Shown piece after piece: positions 38,366 to 53,519 of a stretch of 64,000 nt of DNA. The position numbers and the translations under genes are program-made. The DNA is from Ascidiella aspersa. Taxonomy: Eukaryota. The DNA lies in the NCBI GenBank assembly GCA_963924565.1, contig OZ004613.1, forward strand, positions 14,694,001 through 14,758,000, given 5' to 3'. The notes beneath the pieces were generated by a model. It was not told the DNA's origin. It made no database searches and saw only the letters and a list, made by a program, of their open reading frames with translations. The stretch's first letter is position 1. Each line of letters opens with the position of its first letter.

Positions 38366-39900
38366 AGCATCGAGTTTGGATATCATCATTAAAATCTGTG
38401 TTGGGTTATTTTTTTAGCAGTGCAACTGATTCGGTACAGTATTGTCTAGTTGTTAATAAGATGGATTGCCTTTATTTCGGCATTCACCTAATTTTCCGAT
38501 CTTGGTGTCAGTGTATAAAACCAAGATGCGCCCAATTTGTGCTGGATTGCTCGGAAAAATCTTGGAATCGTGAAATGCCAGATCCTAGTAAATTGCTTCA
38601 CAATTTTTTTAACAGACTTTCAATCCCATTGTGTAATACCAGCCAGAATTGCATTTTCGTTTGTGATGCTCCAGCAAGATCATCTTAATTTTTTAAGTCA
38701 CACACAGGCTGAACGATGTCAAATTGTGGGAAAATATGATTCTTTGTCAAGACATGTATGCTTTTTGGAAACCAACTGTCAGCCTAGAACCGATGAATTG
38801 TTTGCCTCACATTCGTGCTCTTTTCACCACAACGGGACTTCTGTACTCACAGAGTTTGGGATCCCCATGGTTTCTAGCTTTGTACTGGATTATATGCACC
38901 TTGTGTGTCTTGGTGTTATGAAACGTCTGCTTTCCTTTTGGAATGGATCAACTCGGTAATGTACAGTTTAATTAGATTTGGTAAAAAACACATTGTTTTT
39001 TCTATATTTTGCAGAAAAAGACATGCACAGCTTTCTCGATTTTCCATTAGACTTCTTGACAGTAAAATTAATGACCTAAAGAAGTAGTATATCCCAAAAG
39101 AATTTAATAGAAAACTTCGGCCCATGGCAGATTTATGTTATTGGAAAGCTGCAGAATTTAGAATGTTTCTGTTGTATGTGGCTTTGTAGTCCTCAAGGAC
39201 AAGGCGGTGTTACCAAAAAAAAAATACAAACATTTCATCAAATTTAGTATTTCAATTAGAAAATTGCTGTCACCATGTGGTACAAATGCAGATATCGACA
39301 GGACTCAAAATCTTTTAAGTAATTTTTGTATTGATTGCCCAAAACATTATCGTGATGGATTTATGTCATATAATGTGCACAGTTTAATTCACTTGCATGA
39401 CGACTATAATCTTTATGGTTCTTTGGAGCTAATTAACTGTTTTCCTTTTGAAAGCTATTTGGGTATGTTAAAACAATGTTTGCATTCAGGCTATAAACCC
39501 TTCGAGCAAGTGGGAACACATGCCTTTCAGCTTAATGAACTGTTTTAATATCAATTAAAAAGGAAACTTTCAATAACATCTCCAGGTTGTGTTTACAAAC
39601 ACAATGGTAATGGCATTTTATTACGGATGAATAGTGCAGCATTATAAAAAAGCCAAGTTGCTTAATGACTGTAGCAAGTTTTGCAAATTCAACCATTAAA
39701 AGGGGGTCAGTAATAGCTGAAGAATTATGCATCCAAGTTTTTTGTGGTTAAAAAATACAATAAAAGAGCTGTTTAAAACACCAGTTTCATCTTTCGCTGT
39801 TGGCATTTTTGTTGTGTCTAATTTAAATGATGATTATGATATTTTCCGTTGTAAAATGTTTTTTAATGCCTTATGGTAGAAATTTTGTCGCAATGGAGTT
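38366..39900 (+). pseudogene. EnSpm/CACTA(CMC)-like transposase remnant
   Basis: FVCDAPARS, FVLDYMHLVCLGVMKRLL, IPKEFNRKLR..WKAAEFR, SYNVHSLIHL, FPFESYLG. Confidence 0.8.
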
Positions 39901-41732
39901 CCTTTATTTAGTGCATTGCCAATTTTATAACAACATGTAGGCTAAATTCTATTACAGATTTGCAAGATAAAAAATGAACACTTTTGTATGTGTAAGGTTT
40001 GTACGAGGAAAAACATCTGACATAGTGTACAAACAATGAATGGTGGGTGAAACTCGTTGCAGATGGCCAGATAGCAATGTACAAAATTTGGTTAAGAATT
40101 TAGTAATATGTGAAGAAACTTGGAAGGTTTTTTTTCATGTAAAATAGTGTGTCAATCAAGTGGGGGTATATAGGCTACTTTGTGATGTATGTTTTACTAG
40201 CTTTAAATTTTTTATAAGCTTAAAAATATTGTATATAATACTATATACAAAGCACATGGTGGTGCAATACGTAGATTTTCATGCAAATTTATATTTTTTA
40301 ACTAATTTGCAGACTTATGCTTTAGTTGCATTGTTTTATAATGTGTATTTTAGATTCATATGATCGGTGCTTAACAAGAGCATATACTGCAGAAGAGTTA
40401 AATGGGTCTTCTGAGGATGTAGCCCCAAAGCTTTAAAAGTGCCCACGCTACAGAGGGAAAATGCTATTTCCCCTAAAAGGTATTTTAGATGTAGTGAAAT
40501 AATTTAGCACTTCTAGTGAGATCGAACATAATATTTCTGATTGGGAAACGACGTTTTTGCGGCAATGTTTGCTCAGTCAGTCAGTTCAAGGTGTTGGCTA
40601 GGACCGTTCGTAATACCAAATGCGTTTGCGAGATTCTCGATCGTTCATCCCTTCTCGCTCAAACGAGTAATGTCGCCTCTGGAGTTCGTTGTGAAGAAAG
40701 TTGTGACATTATTGAAAAGTTCTGATACCACTTAGTATTTTTCCTCAAGGCAAAGCCCACGTTTGTTTTACCAGCCGGCGTATCTTGGAGCTCTGGGTCT
40801 TTTATTGCTGCTTTCGCTCGTACAGGGTGTTCATGATTCACTTGTAAGAAGCTTATGTATGGGAAATGCTACAGAAACTGGAGCGATTGAAAATGTGCAT
40901 CATTATCATATCTTCTACGGACGTCGGCAGCTTCAAGCAAGCATAAGGTGTCGTCACACAAATGTATCTTCACGAGTCTTTGTTTAACAAGATTAGTGTC
41001 AGATGAGTATCCTATATATATATTTCCTTGTGTCGTACCATCAAATTATTAACTACTAGAAGGAACTGGGTTTATTAAAATACACACATACCTTCGCTAT
41101 AGACACAATAATGCCCAGTTGTTGGTAATAAAACAACGTCCGTAGTTTCATCCTGTATGGTGCTGAATTTTGTCTGTCTCATCAGTTTCTTTGAAGAAAC
41201 ACGCCGCTAATAAATTGTACAACACAATTTTCAAAAAATCCCAAGATTCGTTGTCCCTAAAAAAGAAACTAAAAGTTTCCCAATCGGCAATAATGCCCAC
41301 TTCTCTATTGCTGTCTAAAAACAAACTGCAATTGTTTGAACCAGTGTTCGCGTACAGTTAATATATAGAATAATAAAACAATTTTAAATTTGGGTACACT
41401 CTGCACGGATCTGTAATGTGAGCTTGACAATGAATATTCTCCAAAGATCGACGAGCTTGTATTATATCTTCTTCAATTAATGTGACTGAGAAGCAAATCA
41501 AAGCATCACTTAAGGTGGGACGCAATTGTTATCAGCTAATTTTTTTCTCGTTGGAGCATTGTTTTTTTTTAGAGTTCAGCTACCTCAGGCAGGGGTGGTG
41601 GGGTTGGCTCATATTATTTAGAACTTTCTTCGACCACCGACAGTGTTGTTGGGGCTGCAGTTTTGGATAGATAACAACGAGTAGCCGCAATCTAAACACG
41701 TCTGAAGCCCCTTCGAGTACTTAAAAAAATTA

Positions 41733-41950
41733 ACCTTATGGTACGAGAGTGCTGCAGAATCTCATCCACTCTATGCAAATGTGTTCTTGGCCCCTCCGAG
41801 CATTTCGGGTTTTTTAAAATCAACCTTATGGTCGGAGTGCTGCAGAAGTCTACAAACCTATGATGTCTCATCCACGCTATGATCTTTGATCCTCGTACAA
41901 TATTTCGTCGTATTTGACCAAGATAGCAGCTGCAAATGTGATCTTGGATC
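41733..41950. repeat. Short imperfect tandem duplication
   Basis: AACCTTATGGT..GAGTGCTGCAGAA..TCTCATCCAC..GCAAATGTG.TCTTGG occurs twice. Confidence 0.6.
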
Positions 41951-43524
41951 CTTCATTCGAAACGATTTGGTAATTGGTTTTCTTCGCTGTTTATTATTAA
42001 AGCACTGTGCAATGCATCTGAGAAATTCCAACTGACATCCGGTACGTAGTAGTAGTAAATCTCTTGCTAAATGTCCTCCACATGTAATAACCTTGTAAGA
42101 GTTAGCAATCCTGTAAGCCCAAAATAAAACTACGTTTATACGGTCGAGGTGCTAAGTTACACCATTAAACTGTGTTTGCGTAGGTTTCCTATATTATTTT
42201 CCACCAAAACGACTAGGAAACTGATTGTAGTATTGTTATGTTCCATCTCTTTAGTGAAGGTAGACTGGGGTGAACTGAACACGTCCAGGAATTTAACAAT
42301 GGAAAACTCCAAAACATGGGTGCTATTGCGATCCCATTATCTGTTTGTTTGTAAAACTCACACCATTGGACTGGAATGTGTAATGTTTTTAGAGACCTAA
42401 CACCAACACAGAAGCTTCTTGAGGCGACTAAATCCTTTGCTAAAAACGGAATCCAGAATTAGTTTGGAAGGTGTAATCGACTGGAATATGACGTCAAATG
42501 TCACCACCCACCATACAAGTGAGGTAAAAGAAAACGTGTCTGCAATGTCGGTAGGGTGCCAGGGTGGTCCAAGATTGACAGCATCGTGAGCCACATAAAA
42601 AATGCTATGCATGCCAAGGGCGGATTAATGGGTTTCGTTTGGTCTGAGCATAAAATGTTTAAAGATGACGCTGCCAGAACCTTGCTGCTCTCGCCGAAGT
42701 TGTTGTGTGCACATGAAATCGAGTGATAACGTGACTGGCAAAATGGTGGCGCGCATATATATTTTTTATCGTTGATTTATTTAAAGTTGCGAAAATTGTC
42801 ATGTACATATATGTGATGTTCGTATTAAAAAACGCAAAACAAAACGTAAAATAGCCATTTTACAAAGTGTCATATAGGACGTACTGCGACTTTAAACTGG
42901 TTTCGTATAGCCTGAAAAAAATGTAATTATAACTATAGGGCGATTATTTTTGTCACGTCAGAGCAATATGCGGTACGCGAACTTGCAGAGAATTGACTTT
43001 ATAGTTTTTATCTCTAATCTTATATCCTATTTTGGTACCTAGGTTTTCGTTTTTTTGCAATGTATTTTAAAAATGACAAAAATATTAACTAAGCATATTT
43101 GCATGAGTTTCGCATAAACCCGAAAAATAACTGATTTGTGTTCGACTGTATAGTCAAACATGTGGTTGACACTACTGCAAACAACAATTGTATTTCCAGT
43201 AGGTCAAAATTTAAATTTTTTAGGTCAAATAATCACCAAAATTGTATCAACAAAGCAAAAAAATGACTCGGCACTCTTTAGTGTTAAAAATGGCACCCTA
43301 GACCGGGATTAAACCCGTAAAGGTACGCATACTCGCGGTCTTCTAGACCCTTAAACAATTGTGATAACCATGTGGGAACGCTTTCTCAATGGATGCTAGT
43401 CTGGAGTCCAACGGTGTCCACCTGCGGCCGTGACCGTGCTGGCATGCGTTAATGGTTGATATGCTAAATGCAGATTAGAATTTTTTTTTACGACTTTAGG
43501 GATTGCAGTTAAATCAGTGTACGA

Positions 43525-43590
43525 AAGGGGTAGGCAACCTATGGCCCGCCGACCGGATCGGCTCGCCAATGTAATTTATCCGGCCCGAGG
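43525..43590 (+). mobile_element. hAT terminus
   Basis: AGGGGTAGGCAACC..CGCCAATGTAATTTATCCGGCCCG; related termini at 44263 and 53520-53564. Confidence 0.55.
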
Positions 43591-44262
43591 CTTCTTTGGA
43601 CAAACTAGACACGAGTCATTTACAAATACTTTTTGACTATTTTACCTCTAGGCAAGTGCGTAAAATTTTACGTCTGGTTCGTTTACGTTTTGAGCCTGTC
43701 TTTTGAGATCAGCGCGTCTCTTTACCATTGAACAGTGAAAGGCTGACAAGTGGGTTGCGAACAAACTGAAACCGTATTAAAAAATATTGGGTATATATTT
43801 TTGATTTGTTTTTAATTTGTGGCAATGTAATAAAAATTTGCACGAAATTTAAAACAAATGCCAGTATAGAAAAAGCAGGTCTAAAATTAACAGGGGTTTT
43901 TATGTTATAGGCCAGCCAGACATTTTCTTCGTCTACCATTGGTGGTGGTCAATAGAATGTGGCTAAGAGCATTAGAGAAGGCCCCCTAAAAATATTATTT
44001 TTGACAAATTCGCTATTTGTTTGCGCTTTGCGCTAACTTCTTCTATCTGTCTTTATTGAATTTTTGTCCCTTTGAAGTAAATCGTTAATCACAAAAGTGC
44101 TATTTATATCATCATGGCATATTGCGCGTTTATAACAATGTGCGATTATTTTATGTGCCTAAGCTCATTTCGATTAAATTAAAAGTTTTGCCAAATCTAA
44201 ACGTATAAGCGCTTCGCGCGATTAATCTGCATTTAGGTTCCATATTTTACCACGAGTTCATG

Positions 44263-44300
44263 CAGGGGTCGGCAACCTTTTTTACACTGCGGACCGGCCT
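44263..44300 (+). mobile_element. hAT terminus
   Basis: CAGGGGTCGGCAACC. Confidence 0.5.
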
Positions 44301-46299
44301 TAAAAACAACAAATATCCAGTAAAGGAAATTTACAACACCTTTTTTCAATGAACGAATTAAATTTCCATTGTTTATATAAGCATTGTTTGCATGATTCTG
44401 TTGCACATTGGGGTGGAGGGCACGCTTGAACATCAAAAACAAATTATATATGCATTTTTGGATGTTGTAAACGTGCTACGTAGGCTACTTAAACATTATT
44501 AGTAGGATTGATTCTAGACCATCGCCCTAAACCGGCTTTGTCTTTCATCGGTAATTAACCATAAAAAGCCACCAAAATCTGCAGCCAGGCACCTCCCAAA
44601 AAGAAAAAATGACAGAAAAGGGCCAATTCATAGTCACCTTGCACTACAACTCCTGTTTAAATAAACTTGTGGTCCTACTACATTTTGCCATTCTAACACC
44701 AGTTAGTAATGGCATCTGCTGGCCAATGTTTGCTAGTGGATGACACAAACAAACACCATATAAAATTCAGGACATCAATGAGATATTAAAAGCAATTAAA
44801 TAAAAAATACCTGATTCTACTTATGCATATAGCTTTAATTAAACCTTACTACTACTACCTGCTGCTGTTACTATTATACGAAAATAAATGCTAAGAAATG
44901 TTGTTGTCAGAACAGCGTTACCAACCAGCATAGTTAAATGTACCTAGTAAATACATTAACTAAAGACTGATTAAAAAGGCCATTCCAAAGATTTGTATAT
45001 CATATAAGTTGATTTTACCTAACTTGACGTTGACTTGTTGCAATAAAAAAAAATATTTTCTGGTGCCAGTAAAAACGAAGTATCAGCAGGAGCTAAAATC
45101 AAGTTATTCTGCTTTATTAGTGGTGTATAGTTAATAATCACTAATCCGGTAAAATAATCACCAAATATTGCCATAACGACAATTTTAAGATTCCTCTCCC
45201 ATAAGCCGTAATGTCAAAATTTACGTACTTTTGGGTCAGAGCTTTCTAATTTGCTTCAAAAACCGCTCACGCGTGCCACTAGGTGCGCTATCCAGGTTTC
45301 ATAGAGATCAGTGGTTGCATCTCGTAAGAGAACGAAAAAACATGATGATGGCACATCAGCAGTTTTAACTCCCAAAGAAGCATTTTGAATTCAAACATTT
45401 ATTCCCAACAGATAAACTAATGCAGGAATTATCGAAAAGGATTGCAGCTTATATGACAGTGTGAATAAAGTATTTAGGATCAATGGCTGCTGAAGACATT
45501 GCTGAAGGAGTTCGCCGCATATGTGAAAACTACACTAATGATTTTAAGGAACTGCCCTCTTACGAAAAAAGATGCGGAGACAAAATCCATGTGGCTCTAT
45601 ATAGAATAATCAAGGGGGGTTTGAATGTCGATAACTTCATTCATACGTTTGCTAGCTGTAAAGCTAGAAAATTGTAATCATAAGTATATCGTACCATGCG
45701 TCTATGTCATTTGGTTACTTTTCAAAATTAGACCCTTCTCTGGTAAACAACAACAGCCTTGGGTCCACAGTACCCTTAATCCGCCCGTGCTGGTCACAGC
45801 TCTATTTTCTTTTTTCATTCACTGTAATCGGTCTTTCAAAGCATTCTGCAGGTACTTACTTCTTTATAAGTTATTACTTCTAATAACTTAAAAGAGGGTC
45901 ATTTTTTCCCCAACGTTCTTTTATTCGTTCTGGGTTGTGTGGATTCATTAAATGAACTACCGTTTTTGTGACCACATTTGATCTATCTGTGCATAGTTTT
46001 ACAAAAATTTTTTAATTTTGTGTATTTAAAAAAACATCATCTCCTCCAACTGCTTAACCACCATAGAACCATTTGAATGTTGAAGGACTCTGTTTTAAAT
46101 AAAAAGTAGTATGTATTACCCCATTTAGTAGAAAGCTGTACATTTGGCGAACAACTTTTGCCCATTAGTGTCAAATCCAACTTCCTTAAAATCATTTTCA
46201 TTGTTTGGCCATCAACTTTTTTCTCCTGCAGATATTATAATACTTGTGATGAATATTACATATAAAAAACTGTTAATTTACAAAGACCCCAATGTTTTG

Positions 46300-49000
46300 C
46301 AACAATAAAGTTATCATTTCCGATAGTTAACTGGTGCTTTTAAATTACAAGGATAGATATTCTTTAGTTCGACCTGTGAAATACACACAGGTGACTCATA
46401 AGCATGGTACTGAGTGTCGAACACATGTGTAACATACAAAAGAACAATACAAAATTTTATCATCAGATATTACCATAGGTAAGTTTTCATGATGACCTAT
46501 TACAACAATATAATTTTGTTTGTATAATAATAAACAATGCTACCTAGTGAAACTTCATGTGGAACAAATACGTTCGCTAATAATGAGCCCATTCTTTTGC
46601 AATATTAGGTCAGCATGTTTTAAACTGCTTACCGACTCCACTATCCCGGTGAATTACCAAGCCATGTCAAAACACTGCTTTAATTGCTTTTTTGTTGCCA
46701 TTGATTTGGCAATGTTTTTAAAATTAAGTATATCATATGAGCATGTATTATGCCTGGCTTCATAGCGCATACAAGATATTGTGGTTAATGGTCCAAACTT
46801 TGCTATACATGTTGATAAATGAACCATGTGATGGTGTTTATTAATAAATTTTATTCCAGGAAAAATTTGTTTGTACAGCATGTGAGGCTCAAATATTAGA
46901 TCTTGAAGTTGAGCTAATTGACCAATAGATACAGCTGTGGAAAACACTATATCCATAATTCTGAGGAGTAGCAAAATAATTTCCTAGTATAGAACATCTT
47001 TAAATAAAAGTGGAAAGTTCGAATAAAACACCAAGATTGTGCTGCTTTTTGTTTAAATATTGTCTCTCATTTAACTTCCTTAAGCTATATGGTCAGCAAA
47101 ATTTGGCGACGCTTGTCTTTTGACTCAATCACACCAAAGTTGAATGAAGCAAGGCGGTTGTTAATTGTGATGACCTTTTTCACATACACAAGATAGTGCA
47201 ACACCAACGGGAACCACTCCTTCAAGTAAACATGCATAATGTCAAACGAAGAGTTTTCAACAGTGGTGAAATATTTTTTCTTGGATAATGGGCGTCAGAT
47301 GAAATTCTGATTCTTTAAAATTAGTTTGAATTTCTCCGCGGGTAGCATACCAAATTCTACACAAGTATGTTGCAGATGGGGACTGAAAGCCCAGAACAGA
47401 GTGTGCAGCTAAGGTATCCGCAACAAACATTGAAATTGTTCTTTTTAAACGACAATCATTTTCAATTAGGAATCCATGTTCACTTTCAAGCTCATGAAGT
47501 TCTTCAATGAATGGCTTTAATTGTGACGTCCAAAATTTTAGGACGGTCACGCATAGGCTTACAAGTTAGCAAACCTAGGCTTTTGCCTTTGTCGTAGGTG
47601 ACGTCATCGGGCACGATGAGTCAGAAATTCACAATTGTCCTCTAACTGCACAAACGGTGGTTTTCAGTGTTATATTATGGCGATGAAGGTGAAAGAACGG
47701 TGCACGAATTCGGCAACGGATAAACAAATACAGTTCGTATCCAAAGAGGGTTCATTCCAAATCATGACATTGAAAGGCGTTTACATCATACAGAACATGT
47801 TGGGATTATACAGTAGAGGACACATTGAGATTTCTGAAGTTCACAGTACCTAGGTGTTTAGCATTACGGTGTTGGTTTAATCGTCTAAACATTTAAAGAA
47901 TAACAACAAACAAAATGTTACCAAAACACTTTACATAACTAGACATTAACGAGCATATAAACAACTAAACTTAGCCGATTCCAACAGAAAACTGCCATAC
48001 GAAGACTGCAACAGAAAGTGAACAAAGACTGCACTAAAAAGGGGTGCGAAAACAAAGCTGAAATACACAAAGGAATCATACCGTAACGCATGGTTGCACT
48101 TGACAGAGAAACATAGAAAACTTATATAAATATTGTTATTTTGTCCGTAACATTAATATTTTTTCAAAACCATACTTTTTTTTATATCAACAGAATGAGC
48201 TGTTGCCAACAAATGAATATTTTGCAAACAGGAGTTACTGAAAAGGCAAGTTTTGTATGCTGGTGTAATAAAACATTGCTATTTCATGAACTTTGATCCA
48301 AGTGGATTTGCAAAGCCTGTGGGTTATCCTTATATAAAGGATGATTTTTATACACTCCATCATAATACGACTGCAAAACCCCATCTGGTGTTTTTTTTAC
48401 TTGTTTCAGATAAAAGTTTCTTAAGCACGGTAAGCATTGGAATGTCTCGGTGACAGAAACTTGGAACGAATTTATCAAGGTCTTTGTTATAACGTTGATC
48501 GATTTTATGGCCTAACGCAACTTCTGTTGGGTGAAATCATTTGCAGTTTTTCACAAAATAATTGATTTGTCCATTTTGTTGTGTAATTTGACTAAACAGC
48601 TGCCCAATTATTAACAATTGTATAAACATTACAACTGTACATTTCCACCAGATTTTGCCCGCATTTTTAAAATGAATTGCAAAAGACTGCCCTCCAGTAA
48701 ATGAGTGAACTCCTCTCATCATTTGAATTTTCACATGGAATTGGATCCGACAAATTGCTTGGTGTGATATTAACTGGGTCGTTTGAGATGACTGTGTTTA
48801 GTGGATGAATATTTTTTAAATGTCTTATACCACACAGCACACCCTTGTTGGCAGCATTTTAAATGACAAAGTTTGCCATGGTGCTTAATTCGAAGATGTT
48901 TTGAAAATCTTTTTATTTCTCACTTTAATTTATTTAGCAATATTTTTTTAAATATTAAATGTACAGCCTATGCAAAACAACAAAAAAGAATAAAAATTAA
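46300..49000 (-). pseudogene. Second EnSpm-like transposase remnant, interrupted by the solo LTR
   Basis: KPFIEEL..FVADTLAAHSVLGF..LCRI, FDIMH..EGV, KHHHMVH..KFGPL..CMRYEARH, KNIAKSMA. Confidence 0.72.
47522..48152 (-). repeat. Solo LTR of the BEL/Pao family
   Basis: Reverse complement of 14819-15474; perfect 5-bp TSD TTAAT (47517-47521, 48153-48157). Confidence 0.93.
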
Positions 49001-49799
49001 CTTACTTCTCATGGTCCACCAAAATGTCCAATGACGCAATTTCGGACGCCAGCATAGTTGCTTCAAATTGCACACCTTTAAAAACTGTCTAAAACTTTGT
49101 CATTTTGGACACAACGTGCAGAGCGAGCCTAGTTATTAAACAATTCGATTGTTTTTCTCGACTGCGATGGCTAATAGGAGCGTCTTCTGCTTTCGTTAGA
49201 TGGCGCGCAAATAAAAACTCTCTCATCGCAAGCAAACAAAAAAGTTTGTGTCGCGTTTTCTGCGTTTTAAATCGTAACTTCACTGACGGCCGTCAAAGAA
49301 TCAAAAACACCTGCGCAATAATTAGAAAGATTCATCAAAATGAATGAAGTTTTTTTAGAGAGTGTACGTAGAAAATGATTTTTCTGATTCGGTGAAGAGG
49401 CTTCTTGCCCGAGAACTAGTTGGCCTAGCTTTTCGAGGTTCTTTTTTTAATGTTACGTTGATGGAAGATTGAACAGTACCCGATGTCTTAAATTTTAAGT
49501 TCGGTAAACGGTTGTATAACTAGTTTGTCCATGTAAAAAGGTAGAATGCATATTTATTTAGATTGCTTAACCTAACCAAACCCAAATAATGGTCCGTCAG
49601 AACAGCGCTGAAGTTTTCCCATCCGTTTACCGAGCTTTAAAATTCGCGTAACACAATCTGCAAATTACCATACGATTAAATGCTATAAAACCGTACAGTA
49701 CTTTAAAATTTAACCAAACAAAAGTATGCATGTAGAAATGATATTTGCGAATATACTCAACGGGCAATATCTACTGATTGAAGTGACTTTGTCCAGAGT

Positions 49800-51280
49800 T
49801 CAAGAAGTTAAGGACAGGTATTTTAAGCAGCCTGCTCCTTTGGAGTCAAATAACACATAGGAAGCCGTCGTCAGTTCTCGTCTTCAGAGGCACTGCGCCT
49901 TCTTCTTACCCCGAACTACTCACCTACACTCGCTAAAACGATATCGATCAGAATTTTTAAATAAGAAAGACCAAGTAAATACCCGAACGCCCTAATAACG
50001 TTCCTTGTTTTGTTACCACTTCTGTTACGCCGAACGTGGTTGCAATATTGATGTAATAATGTATTGGAACGAAAACAGAAAAACAATTTAGCACCTCTTA
50101 ACACGAACTTGAATAAATAAATAAATAAAACTGCCATAGAGCGTGCATTTTCACTTAGTGGCAGTTTGACTTGATGTGGAACATGTACGTCTTTCTTGGG
50201 TACAAATGTTACAAAGTCCGTACAGCTAGAGAACTATGATAAAGGAGGTCATTTGCAGCATAAATTTTCCTTACTTCTTCGTAATCAGGGAGGCAGCTAA
50301 GAACTCCACAATGGATTTGTTGTTCTCCCACCCTCCTTTGCTAACATTGCCATCAATAAGCACGGAACGACGCCACTGTCTGCTGCCCTTTTGCAAGAAT
50401 TCCACCCGATCTAACATCAACACTTTCATCCATGATTTTACATCTTTGAAGGATTTGGCGCACATCTTGTAATTAAGCTCTGCCTCTCGTGTGGAAATGA
50501 GTACCTATCCCAGGGGAACTTTGTCAAGTGGTAGTAGCCACAGGTTTTGTAGTGGTTTTCTAAAATTTTGGCACAGCATCTTTTTACAACACGCTCAACA
50601 TGAAGCTGAAAACCATTCGTTGGAATAACATTCGCAGAACTCTAATGTTGGCTTGACGTATGTGGAGTACCTGCAGTACCCTCTCGGCTTGCAGGGAGCT
50701 CTTATCACTGGCCTCCGCAGTGAAGAACAAAACGAGAGCAGGTCATTGTTCCAAAATCCGATGCACACACTGGGCCACAGACAACCAACGTGTCTGGCTG
50801 GGCATGGTTTCGTAAACTACGAACTTTTCTGGAACTCAGCGTAACTTTTTTGCCTATTGGGAGACAACTTAAAATAATTGTATATGTCATGAAAGTTGTT
50901 CAGTAGTTTTTAATAAGACCTTACTTAAGGGACAAACAGATTTGGTGCAGCCGTTTCTATTCTGGTCAGAAGAGAGTTATCGCTATATCGTAATACCACC
51001 GTAAGATGTAATTGAGCGATTTTCTGTGCCAAGTGAAGTGATGGAGCTTGGTAAACTGCAAATATAATTTAAATGACCACGATAACCAACCGGCTTTTTA
51101 TTTAATGCCTATTCATAACTCGATTAAAACTTAAACTTAAACGCTTTACAGACAACAGACGCCTACCAAGTAACCTTGGCAATAACCCCTGGACTGATGA
51201 CAGTTCACAAATCTGCCGGATGTTACTATACATGGCACAAACAAAATCAACAGAGCATGAAGTGTATGTAATATTAATAT
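49800..51280 (-). pseudogene. hAT transposase remnant
   Basis: SQTRWLSVAQCVHRILEQ*PALVLFF at ~50720-50800. Confidence 0.55.
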
Positions 51281-51789
51281 GAGGAATTTTTATGGAAACT
51301 AATATGTTGAATTTAAAGTAAAAAAATTGAGCTTTTTTCTTTCAAAACAATCGGCTTTGATTGCCAAATGACGATATTCAGGAAAACCCTTTTAAAATTT
51401 AGCGTTCACGTAATATTTGGTGAATTTTATTAATATTAATTTTATTTTTTACTATTCTAAAAAAGTCGTATTGATTTCGATTTTTAAAACTAGATTCTCT
51501 CTGCAAAATAACCCCATTAAAAAACGTAGCGTAAATAAATACCTAGAAGTGGGATTTTACTGATTTTTTTAACAGTGTAGACTCCAGCCATACGAACGAG
51601 AAAAGAACAACATCAACGTCGGAATAAACACAGTTCGGAATCAGACCAACATAGGACTAACCTGATAGTCGGAGTACCGTCTAAATACAAAACGAGGCCT
51701 AAACAATTTACTTGTCCCGCCGCTTGAGTATTTCCTGATCAGAGCGGGGACTGTGTGTTAAAATGAGTGATTTAAGTTTTCTGTGAAAT

Positions 51790-52690
51790 GATTCAGCGCC
51801 GTTGGTTAGTTACAGTAGTTTGGTCATAGAGTGAAAGTTCCACTGCTGGTGTACCCTTTAGATCCAATAGCATTTGACGTAGTTTTTTAAATCCTCGAAC
51901 TTTAATGCAACTCTCTAGCAGTGACAGGAAGAATGCAGCGGTCCAAAGGGCTCCTTCTTCACCTATTTTGTCATGCGAAATTGTAGCCAGAAACGGGCTT
52001 CTGGGTTGTAAATATACGGTCCTGTTGAATGTTTCTCCAAATAGCCTGTTAAAAACTGAAAAAGGCACCCCTTTAGAGAAGCTCTTTGGTAGTCTGTGAT
52101 GTGGCGGTTACAGGGTTAAAGCCCAAGTTCTTTACTTTTTTCAGAATGTGCTCCTGATTTTCAAACCTTGAGGCAACACATCGCTGCAAAGTAAACATTT
52201 GATAGAACAACTTCGGAACCGTGAACAACATTCCATCAAAATGAACAAGACTACACAATTCTACAGCCCTTGTTAAACCTTCCGTGCACATTGTAACAGC
52301 AACCGCCCTGCCATCAACAGAAACTCGCACAACTTTGTGCTTAGCGGGACGGCACCCAGTTAAAAGATCGTGCTTCGCATTATTAAGTCAGTAAGCAGGT
52401 GGTGACTTCCAGTAGAAGTAAAGTCCTGCTCTTCTTTTTAAAGGTTCTTAAAATCAATCACTCTCCTTGGTTGTGTGGCTTACTTTCCAGCAACACGTTT
52501 TGCGGTACTTTTATCCGAGCTGATCGTCGACAGCCTTTACTTTTGTGAAGCGTACATTTTAAGTGTATTGCATTTCGTGATGCGGAATTTCGCAGATATA
52601 GATATCCATTTTCAGCCTTGAATACCTTTGAATTTAACCGCTGTCCTTCTAACAACATATACTGAAAAAACAGACTCATAAAACGTTAAA
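51790..52690 (-). pseudogene. MULE/Mutator-like transposase remnant with FLYWCH-type finger
   Basis: NGYLY..LKC..KGCRRSARI..HN; HFDGMLFTVPKLFYQMFTL. Confidence 0.7.
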
Positions 52691-53519
52691 TGCTTCACAT
52701 TCTCAGCACAGTGTAGGTAGTAGGTCTACAATATGGAAATAAGTAAAAAGTGTGCAGATTAAAGTTTTAAAACCCTGGTTAAAAATCTTTCTGCTGAACT
52801 CCCGTAATCCCTCCCATAAAAACGCAGCATTTGTGAGCTATTTGTTGGAATCCCAATTTGGAAATCATCCGAAAACCTTGAATGACCAAGTCAGACAATA
52901 ACACTTGAAACGACGCAGCAGAAGAGTTTCGCATAAAATTAAGAAATAATTAAATATGACCCACTTGTGCATTTTGTAGGGACGCCCTGGTATATTATAT
53001 ATGATGTAATATGTAATTTAACATGAACAAGGGTGCGCCAATTTTAACTGATTCATGCGTATCTATGGAGTTTTCGTTACATTTCTAAGTACTTGATGGG
53101 TTAGATAAGGTGGTGTATAAGCAGGGGCGTAATTCCCCGATTTTCAATAAAATAGTGAACGGATAAGAGACGCCATAAGTAATAGAAATTCTAAACAAAG
53201 ATCGTTTTTCCTGGGTGTTATTCGATTAGAGCGACATCTGCTCCGAGCTGTGTACCGCCAAGTCAGCAAAAATACAAGCACGTCTTGCATACTTACACCA
53301 ACATCGGATGTCTGCGCTAATAATAATAAAAAAAATGTTATACAATATATGTCCAATATGTTTGAATACGTTTTCCATTTTTCCGCGACGCACTTGGCAT
53401 GGCAGCCTTTCATGGCGCAACGTTAAAGAAGCGGTGGTCTAGTTCAAAATACAGCCTGAAAATTTTCCGCACTTACGTAGTTTAAAATAGTCAAAAAGTA
53501 TTCGAAATAGACTCAAAGA

